Assembly (NCBI GenBank): GCA_964408775.1 | Contig: CAYPAP010000002.1 | Span: 65,109 to 129,108 of the forward strand | Reading direction: 5' to 3' | DNA length: 64,000 nt | From: an uncultured Gammaproteobacteria bacterium | GTDB taxonomy: Bacteria; Patescibacteriota; Patescibacteriia; Patescibacteriales; UBA12465 | The notes under the pieces: model-generated | The model's input: only the letters and a program-made list of their open reading frames with translations | Database searches by the model: none | Told to the model about the DNA's origin: nothing | Shown: piece by piece, positions 54,597-64,000 of the stretch | How positions within the stretch are numbered: the first letter of the stretch is position 1 | How the letters are laid out: each line of letters starts with the position of its first letter | Program-made: the position numbers and the translations under genes

Positions 54597-55778
54597 TTAA
54601 GCAATAAACGATCCATGTTCACTATGGATTATCACGCTATTTTTATCAGAGGTGTTTTCCAAACAACATCCGAAAAAATAGTTTTCAATTTTGCATTTTC
54701 GCGAGGTTTCGTTTATGGCCTCGCTGAAAAACAAGTGATCCTCTCCAATGACATCTATGCCGATTCCGCAATTGAAGGTTTCGTACATATTTCTCCAGCT
54801 TTCTCCGCTTTTCTTCTGAATAAGCTGAAAGATTTCCGGGGGAGTGGGCATGTTTTTGTTATAAATTATGCCTCGGCCGACGTTTCTGATCTTGGTTGCT
54901 CCGCCACCAGTATTCATGGTTATACCATGAAGCATGTGGTAGGCGTTTCTTTTTTTTAATTCCAGGGCCAATGTTCTAATAATAATAGCCCATTGTCTAG
55001 TGGGAGACAAAATATTTTTGCTTACTTCCACCCCTAAGGATGGGTTTAAGCTTATATCAATATCTCCTTTGTAAAAATCAGAATCATCACGACGAAGATC
55101 CGGATATTTTTCATTGTAAGAGGAGCTCATCAGAGCACTTCTAGCTAAGGTTAGCCCATTGGACATCAGACCGGAGTTATCTTCTTCTTCCCAAGCAGCT
55201 TTTCCAGCGCTAGAGAATCCAAAAATTAAATCTCCTGGCTGAACATTACCTGCAATAATGTTTTCCTTCTTTTCTCGGGCGGTAACCGTTATATCAAAAA
55301 CGGCTGATTTTACTTGATCTTTCAGATCGGCAGTTTCTCCCCCCAAAAAATGAAGATGGAAGCCATGTTCCTGGTAGAGCTTTTTTAGCTCGGAAAAACG
55401 CAGGGCAATTCTTTCCATTATCAATTTTTTCAATTTTGTTGGTAGGTTAACATTCAGAACATCGGTTATTAACCAATGCCCGAAGACAAATCCACTGGCA
55501 GCAATATCGCCGGTGTTCATGGAAAGGGCATCATCCACCATTCCGTCAAAGATGCTGGCATCTCCGGTTTCCCGGTAATGCAATAATCTTTGGATAAATT
55601 TACTCCCGTCACCATCTTGGTGTTGGGTCATAGCCAGATTAGGGTTATAGGGGTCTGTTATGATATTAACAAAGGCATTGGGATACTCATTGTCAATAAT
55701 CTCTTTAAACACCCTTTTAACTCCTTCTTTTTGGGCATCAACACCCAGTTGTTGGTACAAACTGCTTTCTTTGCTCAT
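54597..55778 (-). CDS. purM: phosphoribosylformylglycinamidine cyclo-ligase (AIR synthetase), divergent
   Basis: LGVDAQKEGV, DGDGSK (compare DGVGTK), FLGGETA, NTGGGATK, MYETFNCGIGI. Confidence 0.8.
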   Translation of the reverse strand: MSKESSLYQQLGVDAQKEGVKRVFKEIIDNEYPNAFVNIITDPYNPNLAMTQHQDGDGSKFIQRLLHYRETGDASIFDGMVDDALSMNTGDIAASGFVFGHWLITDVLNVNLPTKLKKLIMERIALRFSELKKLYQEHGFHLHFLGGETADLKDQVKSAVFDITVTAREKKENIIAGNVQPGDLIFGFSSAGKAAWEEEDNSGLMSNGLTLARSALMSSSYNEKYPDLRRDDSDFYKGDIDISLNPSLGVEVSKNILSPTRQWAIIIRTLALELKKRNAYHMLHGITMNTGGGATKIRNVGRGIIYNKNMPTPPEIFQLIQKKSGESWRNMYETFNCGIGIDVIGEDHLFFSEAINETSRKCKIENYFFGCCLENTSDKNSVIIHSEHGSFIA

Positions 55779-55910
55779 GGTTTTTGGTTTTTTGGTGATT
55801 ATATCATGGAATTAGTGATTTTCATTCATTATCATTAAGTTTTTAAAGACCTAAAGAACAATAAAAGATAGTATTGTATTACAGCTAATTTGTCAATTAA
55901 ATTTTGTGAT

Positions 55911-55938
55911 TTGATTTTTCCAAAAAATAAGCTATAAT
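55911..55938 (+). promoter_or_regulatory. promoter-like TTGATT-16-TATAAT upstream of leuS
   Basis: TTGATT at 55911-55916, TATAAT at 55933-55938, ATG at 55967. Confidence 0.35.
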
Positions 55939-55966
55939 AGGTAGGTAAATATTAACTAAATCAAAT

Positions 55967-58318
55967 ATGGCTAATAAAAATAAATATTATTGTCTAGATA
56001 TGTTCCCATATCCATCTGGATCTGGTCTGCATGTTGGGCACGTTGAGGGCTACACCGCCTCCGATATTTTTAGTCGCTATAAAAGGATGAGGGGATTTGA
56101 TGTTATTCATCCTATGGGTTGGGATTCTTTTGGTTTACCAGCCGAAAATTACGCCATAAAAACTGGTGTTCATCCCTCCAAAACTGTCGACACAGCTATT
56201 GCTGCCTTTATCTCTCAGATGAAAAATTTAGGCCTAGAATACGACTGGGATAGGGAACTTAAGACCTCCGATCCAGAATACTACAAATGGACTCAATGGT
56301 TATTTTTGCTTTTATATAAAAATGGCCTAGCCTACAAGAAAAAAGCCAAGGTTAATTGGTGCGAAAAATGCTCCACCGTTTTAGCTAACGAACAAGCCGA
56401 GACTGGTTTTTGTGAGCGTTGCGGAGATCAAGTGGTGCAAAAAGATTTAGAACAATGGTTTTTTAAAATTGTTGATTTTATAGAAGATCAGGAATTCGAA
56501 GGACGAAAGATAAAAGGTCTTTTGTCGGGTTTAGATGATGTTGATTGGCCCCAGACCACCAAGACTGCTCAAATAAATTGGATAGGCAAAAGCGTTGGTG
56601 CTGAAGTAAATTTCACTGTTAGCGATGGTAAAGATAATTATAATTTAAATGTTTTTACTACCAGACCAGACACCCTATACGGCTGCACCTATATGGCCAT
56701 TAACCCCGAACATGAATTAATTCAAAAATTTTCTGACAGTATAAGAAATTTATCAGAAGTTTCCAAATATATCGACGCGTCTAAGAAAAAAACTGAAATG
56801 GAAAAAATGATAGCTACCAAAGAAAAAACTGGCGTCGAGCTAGAGGGAGTAACCGCTATTAACCCCTTAAACAAAAAAGAAATAAAAATTTTTGTAGCTG
56901 ATTATGTTTTATCTGGTTATGGTTCCGGAGCTATTATGGCTGTTCCGGCTCACGATGAAAGAGATCATGCTTTTGCTAAAAAATATAATTTAGAAATTAC
57001 GGAAGTTATCAGTGGCGGTAATATTTCACAAGAAGCTTACACCGGAGAAGGCACCTTAATAAATTCCGATATTATTAATGGCCTATCAGTAAAAGAAGCT
57101 AAGAAAAAAATTATTAAATATTTAGAAGATAATAAGATTGGTCAAGCTTCAATTAATTATCGTTTGCGTGATTGGTTAATATCTCGTCAAAGATATTGGG
57201 GAGCGCCAATTCCTATTATCTATTGTGATAAATGTGGGGAAGTGCCAGTACCGGAAAAGGATTTACCAGTAATTTTACCAGAAGATGTTGACTTCTTGCC
57301 GACTGGAGAGTCACCTTTAAAATATTCTAAAACTTTTCATGAGGTTAATTGCCCGCTTTGTGGAGCCAAGGCTCGTCGCGAAAACGACACTATGGACACC
57401 TTTGTTTGCTCTTCTTGGTATTATTTTAGGTATTTAGACCCCAAAAATGACCAAGTTTTTGCCGAAAAAGATCAAATTTCACAATTTATGCCCGTAGATT
57501 TATACATCGGCGGAGCTGATCATAGTGTTATGCATCTGCTTTATGCTCGTTTTATTACTAAAGTTTTGCAAAAACATGGTTACTGTGAAGTTAATGAGCC
57601 TTTCAAAAAACTACGTCATCAGGGCATGATTTTAGCTGAAGATGGTAGTAAAATGAGTAAATCTAAGGGAAGCGTAGTTAACCCTAATGATATTATAGCC
57701 GAATATGGAGCTGACACCCTAAAATTATATGAAATGTTTATGGGACCCCTGGAAGATCCTAAGCCTTGGAATACTAAAAATATTTCAGGAATTAAAAGAT
57801 TTTTAGAGAAAACGATTTCGCTATCTAATAAAATTGGGGAAGATACTTCTATTGATTACAAAGAATTAATTTTAGAATTGAATAAAACTATTAAAAAAGT
57901 AGAGGAGGATATTGAAGAATTAAAATTTAATACCGCCATTTCTCAATTAATGATATTGGTAAATACTTTTTCTCAATATGAAAAAATATCTCTAAATCAT
58001 TTTTCTACGCTATTAATAATTATGTCACCCTTTGCCCCTTTTACAGCTCAAGAGTTATGGGAAAAAATAGGGAAGAGCGGAAATGTCTCTCAAGAAACAT
58101 GGCCCGCTTATGATAAAAATATTGTAGAAGCAGAAAAAGTTTCTTTAGCTGTTCAAATTAATGGTAAGACCAGGGGGGCCATAGAAGTTGATCCCAACAG
58201 CGAAGAATCCGAGGTTGTTTCTTTAATAGAAAAAGATGAAAATCTTAAAAAATATTTAATGGGGGATTACAAAAAAATTATTTATGTAAAAAATAGGATT
58301 ATTAATTTCATTATTTAA
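55967..58318 (+). CDS. leuS: leucyl-tRNA synthetase
   Basis: HVGH (HIGH motif), KMSKS, and CP1 editing-domain motifs; 783 aa. Confidence 0.96.
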   Translation: MANKNKYYCLDMFPYPSGSGLHVGHVEGYTASDIFSRYKRMRGFDVIHPMGWDSFGLPAENYAIKTGVHPSKTVDTAIAAFISQMKNLGLEYDWDRELKTSDPEYYKWTQWLFLLLYKNGLAYKKKAKVNWCEKCSTVLANEQAETGFCERCGDQVVQKDLEQWFFKIVDFIEDQEFEGRKIKGLLSGLDDVDWPQTTKTAQINWIGKSVGAEVNFTVSDGKDNYNLNVFTTRPDTLYGCTYMAINPEHELIQKFSDSIRNLSEVSKYIDASKKKTEMEKMIATKEKTGVELEGVTAINPLNKKEIKIFVADYVLSGYGSGAIMAVPAHDERDHAFAKKYNLEITEVISGGNISQEAYTGEGTLINSDIINGLSVKEAKKKIIKYLEDNKIGQASINYRLRDWLISRQRYWGAPIPIIYCDKCGEVPVPEKDLPVILPEDVDFLPTGESPLKYSKTFHEVNCPLCGAKARRENDTMDTFVCSSWYYFRYLDPKNDQVFAEKDQISQFMPVDLYIGGADHSVMHLLYARFITKVLQKHGYCEVNEPFKKLRHQGMILAEDGSKMSKSKGSVVNPNDIIAEYGADTLKLYEMFMGPLEDPKPWNTKNISGIKRFLEKTISLSNKIGEDTSIDYKELILELNKTIKKVEEDIEELKFNTAISQLMILVNTFSQYEKISLNHFSTLLIIMSPFAPFTAQELWEKIGKSGNVSQETWPAYDKNIVEAEKVSLAVQINGKTRGAIEVDPNSEESEVVSLIEKDENLKKYLMGDYKKIIYVKNRIINFII

Positions 58319-58453
58319 TTTTTTTCATAGACTTGACCAACTAAAAAAATAGCGCTAAGATGCCTGAGGGCGTTATTTTTTTTGTAGAATATAATTAATA
58401 ATGTTCAATTTTCTTTGAAAACCGAATAAAACAAAACCATAAAAGAGAGCACT

Positions 58454-59986
58454 ATGAAAGAAAAAATTAACACTTTTTTACAGGGAGTTAACACTCTATC
58501 AATAGTTTGCTATCAGTGGGGAGACACTGGCAAGGGCAAGTTTGTCGATAGATTCGCTGAATGGGCTGATATCATTGCTCGAGGAACTGGCGGTGATAAT
58601 GCCGGTCACACTATCTATTATGATAGCAGGGCCCATGTTTTTCATCTAATTCCTTCGGGAATTTTGTATGATAAATATGGGAAGATTAATGTTATTGGTT
58701 CTGGTACTGTCATCAATCCTCGGACCCTTATTCTGGAAATAAAGCGACTTTTGAAAGATGGTATGACCGTCAACAACCTGAAAATCGCTTTAAATGCTAA
58801 GCTGATTTTACCGGTTCATATCCTCTTGGATCGCCTAAAAGAGGCCGAAAAGACGGACAAAATTGGAACCACTGGGAAGGGAATTACCGACGCTTATCTT
58901 GATCACTATGGTAGAATTGGTCTCTGCATCAATGATCTTTTGAATCCGGATTTGTTTGCCAAAAAGCTTAAGAAAAATCTGGAAGAAAAAAGAAGATTGC
59001 TCAAGACCTACGACATTGAGTTGATTAAGGAAATTTTGCACAGCGATGATTTGGAAAATGGAATTTACTTTCACCCTGAAAAAATCATCAACGAGGATGC
59101 TATTGTGCAAAAATATTTTGGGTATGGGCAAGTTATGCAAAGATTCATCACTGACACGGACGCCTTGTTGAGAAAGAGTGTGGGTAAGAAAAAGATTCTA
59201 TTAGAAGGAGCTCAGGGGATGTTATTATCCATTGATTATGGTAGCTACCCCTATGTTACTTCTTCTGACTCTTCTGGTGTTGGCTTAGCCAAGGGTGTTG
59301 GCCTCAAAGAATCCGATATTGATCTTCAATTGGGGATCATTAAAGGATTCTACATGACCAGAGTCGGATGTGGTCCTTTTCCAACAGAATTAGGTGGAGA
59401 ACTCTCTGCTAAATTCTGTAATGGAAAACATGAACCAGGAATAAGGGTGTTGGAAGTAGAAGAGGTCGCCCTCGGTTTAGAGAGCGGTCGACATGATGAT
59501 CTTTTTCTGGGAAAATTTATTCGCGCCCAGGGATCTGAATATGGGGCCACTACTGGCAGACCTCGCCGAACCGGTTGGCTAGATTTACCGCTCCTTCGCT
59601 ATGCCATGCAAGCGTCAGGTCAAGTAAATCTGATATTAACGAAGCTTGATATTTTGAACAGCCTAAATCAGATTGATCCATATTTAGGTATCAAGGTTTG
59701 TTACGCTCATGTATACAAAGGAGAAAAACCATATCACTACGGTGATAAGGTTATTAAAAAAGATGACGTCTTAACGGTGGCGATTCCCAATGCTGAATTT
59801 CTAAATCAATGCGAACCGATCTACGACTCCTTTAGTCTTTGGAAGGAGGATATCTCACAAATCAAAGATTTGCGAAAAATGCCTCCGAATCTCCGGCTAA
59901 TTCTCCATTATCTAGAGAGGGAGACCAAAGCAAAGATCAGAATTTTGTCCGTAGGGCCTGAAGCTGAGCGAACATTGTTTCTGTAG
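58454..59986 (+). CDS. purA: adenylosuccinate synthetase (expanded, 510 aa)
   Basis: QWGDTGKGKFVD, GGDNAGHT, GTTGKGI, GATTGRPRR, TKLD. Confidence 0.9.
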   Translation: MKEKINTFLQGVNTLSIVCYQWGDTGKGKFVDRFAEWADIIARGTGGDNAGHTIYYDSRAHVFHLIPSGILYDKYGKINVIGSGTVINPRTLILEIKRLLKDGMTVNNLKIALNAKLILPVHILLDRLKEAEKTDKIGTTGKGITDAYLDHYGRIGLCINDLLNPDLFAKKLKKNLEEKRRLLKTYDIELIKEILHSDDLENGIYFHPEKIINEDAIVQKYFGYGQVMQRFITDTDALLRKSVGKKKILLEGAQGMLLSIDYGSYPYVTSSDSSGVGLAKGVGLKESDIDLQLGIIKGFYMTRVGCGPFPTELGGELSAKFCNGKHEPGIRVLEVEEVALGLESGRHDDLFLGKFIRAQGSEYGATTGRPRRTGWLDLPLLRYAMQASGQVNLILTKLDILNSLNQIDPYLGIKVCYAHVYKGEKPYHYGDKVIKKDDVLTVAIPNAEFLNQCEPIYDSFSLWKEDISQIKDLRKMPPNLRLILHYLERETKAKIRILSVGPEAERTLFL

Positions 59987-60148
59987 TTGCTTAATTTTCC
60001 CCTAAAACTAAACACAAAACCGTCAAATCTGGCGGTTTTTTTAATTGTTTCTCTCATTTTACTTTTTTAAAAATAGATGCTAAAATGTATTTAGTTGGGC
60101 TATAAAAATACCTAATTATTTTTGTTAAAGACATTTTTAAAACAAATT

Positions 60149-61693
60149 ATGGCTGTTTTATATCAAAAGTATCGTCCTCAGAAATTCTCTGAAATTTTTG
60201 GGCAAAACAATATCAAAACTACCTTGCAAAATGAAATTGTGACCAATAAAGTGTCTCATGCTTATTTATTTTGCGGACCTCGGGCTGTAGGAAAAACCAC
60301 CTTGGCCCGAATTTTAGCTAAGGCCGTAAACTGCCAAGATCGAAAAGAAAAAGACTTTGAACCTTGTAATAAATGCGATAGTTGTTTAAGCATATCTAAT
60401 TTTAGCAACCTAGATATTATCGAAATAGATGCCGCTAGTAACACTGGAGTGGATAATGTTAGAGAAAATATTATTTCTCTTAGTCGAGTAAAATCTTCTA
60501 ACAATAAATACAAGGTTTTTATCATCGATGAAATTCACATGCTATCCCTGTCAGCCTTTAACGCTTTATTAAAAACTTTAGAGGAACCGCCAGCTAATGT
60601 CATCTTTATTTTATGCACTACCGAAATCTACAAAGTTCCTCTTACCATAATTTCTCGTTGTGAGCGTTTTGATTTTAAGAGGATCAGTGTTAACGACATG
60701 ATGGCCAAGTTAGAAGTTATTGCCAAGAATGAAAAATTAGATATAGATAGAGATGTTTTAGAATTAATATCTCTTAAGGCTGATGGTCACTTGCGTGATG
60801 CCGAAAGTTTGCTCAGTCAGATTATTGCTATTAGTGGTAAAAAAATAGACTTAGCCAGTGCTAATTTAGTTATTCCGTACAACAATCTAGAAGAGAATAT
60901 TAAATTATTAGAATCTCTAGGCCGAAAAGATACTGCCACTGCTATTAAAAGCATTAACGAATTATTGGACTCGGGAATAAATTTAAAAAACTTTTTAAAT
61001 GATTTAGTTGAGTTACTTAGGAAAATGATTTTAAATAAGGTTAATGACTCTCTGTCTAGTAGTTTGGGCCTAGATTTAAGTGAGAAACTAGAAATTAAGA
61101 TTAATGATTTAAATAAAAATTTTTCCCTAAATGATCTTATTAAAATAACCGAGGAATTTTTATCAGCTAGTAAAGAAATCAATCTTGCCCTAATACCATC
61201 ACTGCCCTTGGAGTTGGCAGTAATAAATGTTTGTCACTCTGGAGGAAATTTTGAGGAAGTCGTAAGCAAAAAGATAAACGAAAGTGTTTTTAAAAAAGAG
61301 ACTAAGGAAGAAATTCCTCAAAGTAAAAAAATTATTCAGAAGTCAGTGAGCGCTGTGGTTAGTCAAGAAGAAATAGAAAAAAATTGGTTAGAATTTGTCA
61401 CCAAATTAAAACCACACAACCATTCTCTTTCCTTTATAATGCAATCGTGTAAAATAAATGAGGTTAATGGAAATAAAGTTTGTTTGGCTTTTAAATACAA
61501 ATTTCACAAAGATCGTCTTGATAGCCCTGAGATAAAAAAAATAATAGAAGAAGTTTTGCAGGATGTTTATAAGACAAATTTGGGAGTAGAGGCTATAGTC
61601 GATGAAAAATTAGAAATAAATAATAATAAAAATAATAATAATGAATTAATTGATGGCCTACTAAAAACCTTTGGAGGTAAGGTTATCAACTAA
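60149..61693 (+). CDS. dnaX: DNA polymerase III gamma/tau subunit
   Basis: The start is moved to the ATG at 60149 (MAVLYQKYRPQKFSEI). Walker A GPRAVGKTT, a C.C..C zinc module, IIDEIHML, SRC motif (ISRCERF). Confidence 0.93.
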   Translation: MAVLYQKYRPQKFSEIFGQNNIKTTLQNEIVTNKVSHAYLFCGPRAVGKTTLARILAKAVNCQDRKEKDFEPCNKCDSCLSISNFSNLDIIEIDAASNTGVDNVRENIISLSRVKSSNNKYKVFIIDEIHMLSLSAFNALLKTLEEPPANVIFILCTTEIYKVPLTIISRCERFDFKRISVNDMMAKLEVIAKNEKLDIDRDVLELISLKADGHLRDAESLLSQIIAISGKKIDLASANLVIPYNNLEENIKLLESLGRKDTATAIKSINELLDSGINLKNFLNDLVELLRKMILNKVNDSLSSSLGLDLSEKLEIKINDLNKNFSLNDLIKITEEFLSASKEINLALIPSLPLELAVINVCHSGGNFEEVVSKKINESVFKKETKEEIPQSKKIIQKSVSAVVSQEEIEKNWLEFVTKLKPHNHSLSFIMQSCKINEVNGNKVCLAFKYKFHKDRLDSPEIKKIIEEVLQDVYKTNLGVEAIVDEKLEINNNKNNNNELIDGLLKTFGGKVIN

Positions 61694-61697
61694 AAAT

Positions 61698-62954
61698 ATG
61701 CTAGATATAAAAAAAATACGAGAAGAAAAAAAATGGGTAGAGGAGTCTTTGCGTAAAAAATTAGGAAGCGAGGCGGAGTTAAATCTAGATAGAATAATTA
61801 GCTTAGATGACAGTCGTAAAAAAATTATTCCTAAACTAGAATCATTAAAAGCTGATAAGAACAAATTATCAAAAGTAAAGCCCGACGAAGAAACTATAAA
61901 AAAAATAAAGGATAATAATTTAGAAATAAAGAAACTAGAAGATGAGCTCAATAAAGTGGAGGAAAATTTAAAGGAATATCTATCAGCTCTTCCTAATATT
62001 GTCCTAGAAGATGTTTTGGCTGGTGGAAAAGAAAATAATAAAGTTTCTTATACCTTTAAAGATAAACCTAAATTTAACTTTGAACCCAAAAATCATGTTG
62101 ACTTAGCCGAAAGCCTAGATATTATTGATTATAAAAGAGCCGCTAAAATGTCTGGCTCTGGTTTTTGGATTTATAAAGGAGACGGAGCTTTGCTAGAGTG
62201 GGCCTTATTAAATTATTTTATAACTTTTCATATTAAAAATAATTATACTTTTTTAATCCCGCCATTTTTATTAAACGAAGCCTCAGCCTATGCCTCTGGT
62301 CACTTACCAAAATTTGGTGAAGATCTTTTTTGGTTACAAGACAATAAACTATGTCTAAATGCTACAGCTGAAATGATGCTGGGTAATTACCACCGCGATG
62401 AAGTTTTATCCGAGAGTGATTTACCTTTAAAATATATTGCTTATTCAGCCTGTTTCAGAAGGGAAGCCGGTTCTTATCGTCAAGAAGAGCGCGGAATGAT
62501 ACGTGGTCATCAATTTAATAAAATAGAAATGTTTCAATACACAAAACCAGAAGATTCAGCTAATGTTTTTTTAGAAATGAAAAAACAGGCTCAGGAATTA
62601 TTAGAAGGATTGGGGTTGCATTTTCAAATTAGTGATTTAGCAGCAGGGGATTGCTCGGCTGCTATGGCCAAAACTGTAGATATAGAAGTCTATATTCCTA
62701 GTATGGAGGTCTACAAAGAAGTTAGCTCTATTTCCAACGCCTTGGACTATCAAGCTCGTCGAGGAAATATTAGGTACAAAGACGCGGACGGAAAAAACTA
62801 TTTCCCTCACACTTTAAATGCCTCTGGCATGGCCACATCTCGTTTGATCCCGGCTATTTTAGAACAAAACCAACAAGCCGATGGTAGCGTTGTTTTACCA
62901 GAAGTCTTAAAACCATTTTTACCAGCAAATCTAACTATTATTAAAAAGAAATAA
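61698..62954 (+). CDS. serS: seryl-tRNA synthetase
   Basis: The start is moved to the ATG at 61698 (MLDIKKIRE). Coiled-coil N-arm. Class II motifs FRREAGS, GHQFNKIEMF and TLNASGMATSR. Confidence 0.93.
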   Translation: MLDIKKIREEKKWVEESLRKKLGSEAELNLDRIISLDDSRKKIIPKLESLKADKNKLSKVKPDEETIKKIKDNNLEIKKLEDELNKVEENLKEYLSALPNIVLEDVLAGGKENNKVSYTFKDKPKFNFEPKNHVDLAESLDIIDYKRAAKMSGSGFWIYKGDGALLEWALLNYFITFHIKNNYTFLIPPFLLNEASAYASGHLPKFGEDLFWLQDNKLCLNATAEMMLGNYHRDEVLSESDLPLKYIAYSACFRREAGSYRQEERGMIRGHQFNKIEMFQYTKPEDSANVFLEMKKQAQELLEGLGLHFQISDLAAGDCSAAMAKTVDIEVYIPSMEVYKEVSSISNALDYQARRGNIRYKDADGKNYFPHTLNASGMATSRLIPAILEQNQQADGSVVLPEVLKPFLPANLTIIKKK

Positions 62955-62958
62955 AATC

Positions 62959-63888
62959 ATGAAGATATTATTGGTTTTTGTTTATTATAGTTTTTATTTA
63001 CTTTTTCCCTTGCTAGCGGTTCTTATTTGGCAACTAGGGAGAAATAGTAAAAAATCAATAGAACTAATTATAATTTTAATAGCGGTTCTTTTTTTGATTT
63101 GGATGAGATTTATTGAGCCAGAATTAATAGTTGTTAAAAATTATAACTTTAAAAAATCCGATGAAATTGGTAGGGAATTAAAAGTTGCGGTTTTTTCTGA
63201 CATCCACTTGGGTGTTTACAGTAATAAAGCTTTACTAGAAAAAGTTGTTAACAGAATAGAAAAAATAAATCCTGATATCGTTTTAATTCCAGGAGATTTT
63301 ATTTATTTTTCTAGCAAAGAAAAAATATCCAAAGATTTTAATATTTTAAAAGATATATCCGCTCCAACTTTTGCAGTCTTAGGTAATCATGATTATGGTA
63401 AAAATAAAAGAAATGTTTCACGTGATTTAAATTCTAAATTAGAATCATTGGGAATATTAATGATTGATAACAAAAGCAAAAAAATAATTATAAACAATGG
63501 GCATAAGAATGTCTTGGAGTTTATTGGAGTAGGTGATTTTTGGGTCGGTGATCCTGATTATAGTGTCTTAGAAAAAGATGATTTATATGAAGAAGCTGAT
63601 TTTACATTTTTACTAACACACAACCCTGACACCGCTTATACTGTTAAAGATTTAACGGGCGATAATTACAAAAATATAGACTTACTAATCGCCGGGCATA
63701 CTCATGCTGGCCAAATTAGAATTCCGCTTTTATATAATTATATTATTCCCACTAAGTATAATTTTGACAAAGGATTTTACAATATTTCAGATCTAGATGT
63801 TTTTGTCACTCCAGGAATAGGGACAGTAGCCCTGCCTTTAAGGTTCTTAAACTTCCCAGAAATAAGTGTTATAAACATCAAATATTGA
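62959..63888 (+). CDS. membrane-anchored metallophosphoesterase (YkuE-like calcineurin-fold)
   Basis: Two N-terminal TMs. DIHLG, GDF, GNHDY, GHTHAGQ. Confidence 0.88.
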   Translation: MKILLVFVYYSFYLLFPLLAVLIWQLGRNSKKSIELIIILIAVLFLIWMRFIEPELIVVKNYNFKKSDEIGRELKVAVFSDIHLGVYSNKALLEKVVNRIEKINPDIVLIPGDFIYFSSKEKISKDFNILKDISAPTFAVLGNHDYGKNKRNVSRDLNSKLESLGILMIDNKSKKIIINNGHKNVLEFIGVGDFWVGDPDYSVLEKDDLYEEADFTFLLTHNPDTAYTVKDLTGDNYKNIDLLIAGHTHAGQIRIPLLYNYIIPTKYNFDKGFYNISDLDVFVTPGIGTVALPLRFLNFPEISVINIKY

Positions 63889-63904
63889 CCTTTCTCTTTT
63901 TTTA

Positions 63905-63913
63905 TGGTATAAT
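63905..63913 (+). promoter_or_regulatory. extended -10 element TGGTATAAT
   Basis: TGnTATAAT, 24 nt upstream of the ATG at 63938. Confidence 0.35.
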
Positions 63914-63937
63914 ATACGGTCGTATTAACAAAAAATA

Positions 63938-64000
63938 ATGCCTAAAAAATATCTAAAAATATTAATATTACCCCTTATATTGGCTCTTTTTTTATTTTAC
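63938..64000 (+). CDS. start of an ORF running off the window (signal/TM-like N-terminus)
   Basis: MPKKYLKILILPLILALFLFY. Only 21 codons are visible. Confidence 0.3.
   Translation, partial: MPKKYLKILILPLILALFLFY

Noticed and set aside
53615-54959. Plus-strand ORFs of 69-172 aa antisense to the purC-purE and purM genes
   Set aside because: They are a by-product of the higher GC content of these genes. The minus-strand products carry unmistakable PurC/PurE/PurM motifs, and the plus-strand products carry none.
60839-60845. A7 run in dnaX as a possible gamma/tau programmed frameshift site
   Set aside because: It lies at about codon 230 inside the conserved ATPase/lid region, not at the domain III/IV boundary. 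No downstream stem-loop or immediate out-of-frame stop pattern was seen.
63414-63429. parS-like sequence TGTTTCACGTGATTTA inside the metallophosphoesterase gene
   Set aside because: Only 13 of 16 positions match the TGTTNCACGTGAAACA consensus, and the right half-site is destroyed. It is far from parAB, and the CACGTG core is easily produced by chance in coding sequence.
1-64000. Alternative genetic code (UGA or UAG reassignment, as in some CPR lineages)
   Set aside because: TGA ends mnmA, rlmH, the AlkD-like gene, the GT2 gene, purN and the deaminase at their expected C-termini. TAG ends seven other genes. No in-frame TGA interrupts conserved genes. The single in-frame TAG in purC is treated as a local anomaly.

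Overview
AT-rich 64-kb window (about 25-40% GC in hand-counted 60-nt lines). The gene content looks like a small-genome, uncultivated bacterium of the Candidate Phyla Radiation / Patescibacteria type; this is inference from the LamG, lamin-tail and InlB-B-repeat surface proteins, a CxxC-x17-CxxC protein, minimal UvrB/UvrC and sparse metabolism. The genetic code is standard: TAA, TAG and TGA all end conserved genes. About 60 genes lie mostly on the + strand. Housekeeping genes include mnmA, parA/parB, dnaE, rlmH, uvrB, uvrA, uvrC, murI, greA, leuS, dnaX and serS. RNA genes are a type-A RNase P RNA (rnpB) that the ORF track cannot show, tRNA-Leu(CAA) and tRNA-Gln(CUG). There are two glycan-assembly clusters (6882-10607 and 40312-45112), two large secreted multidomain proteins, a six-gene ArsR-headed thiol-redox/permease operon on the minus strand, and a GC-richer purine block. 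Four things are most worth a second look. (1) A small GIY-YIG nuclease gene sits between roughly 50-bp and 90-bp GC-rich imperfect terminal inverted repeats, 12 nt from the 3' end of tRNA-Leu, and is itself broken by a -1 frameshift in an A6 run. (2) A perfect 18-bp duplication of the tRNA-Gln 3' end brackets about 0.2 kb of GC-rich non-coding DNA, and each copy has its own terminator. (3) These two tRNA-3'-associated GC islands share motifs, including a 12-mer. (4) An animal-PAICS-like fused SAICAR synthetase + class-II-like PurE gene is interrupted by one in-frame TAG at a conserved residue position, inside what looks like an incomplete purine pathway. No CRISPR array, integrase, transposase or rRNA was seen.
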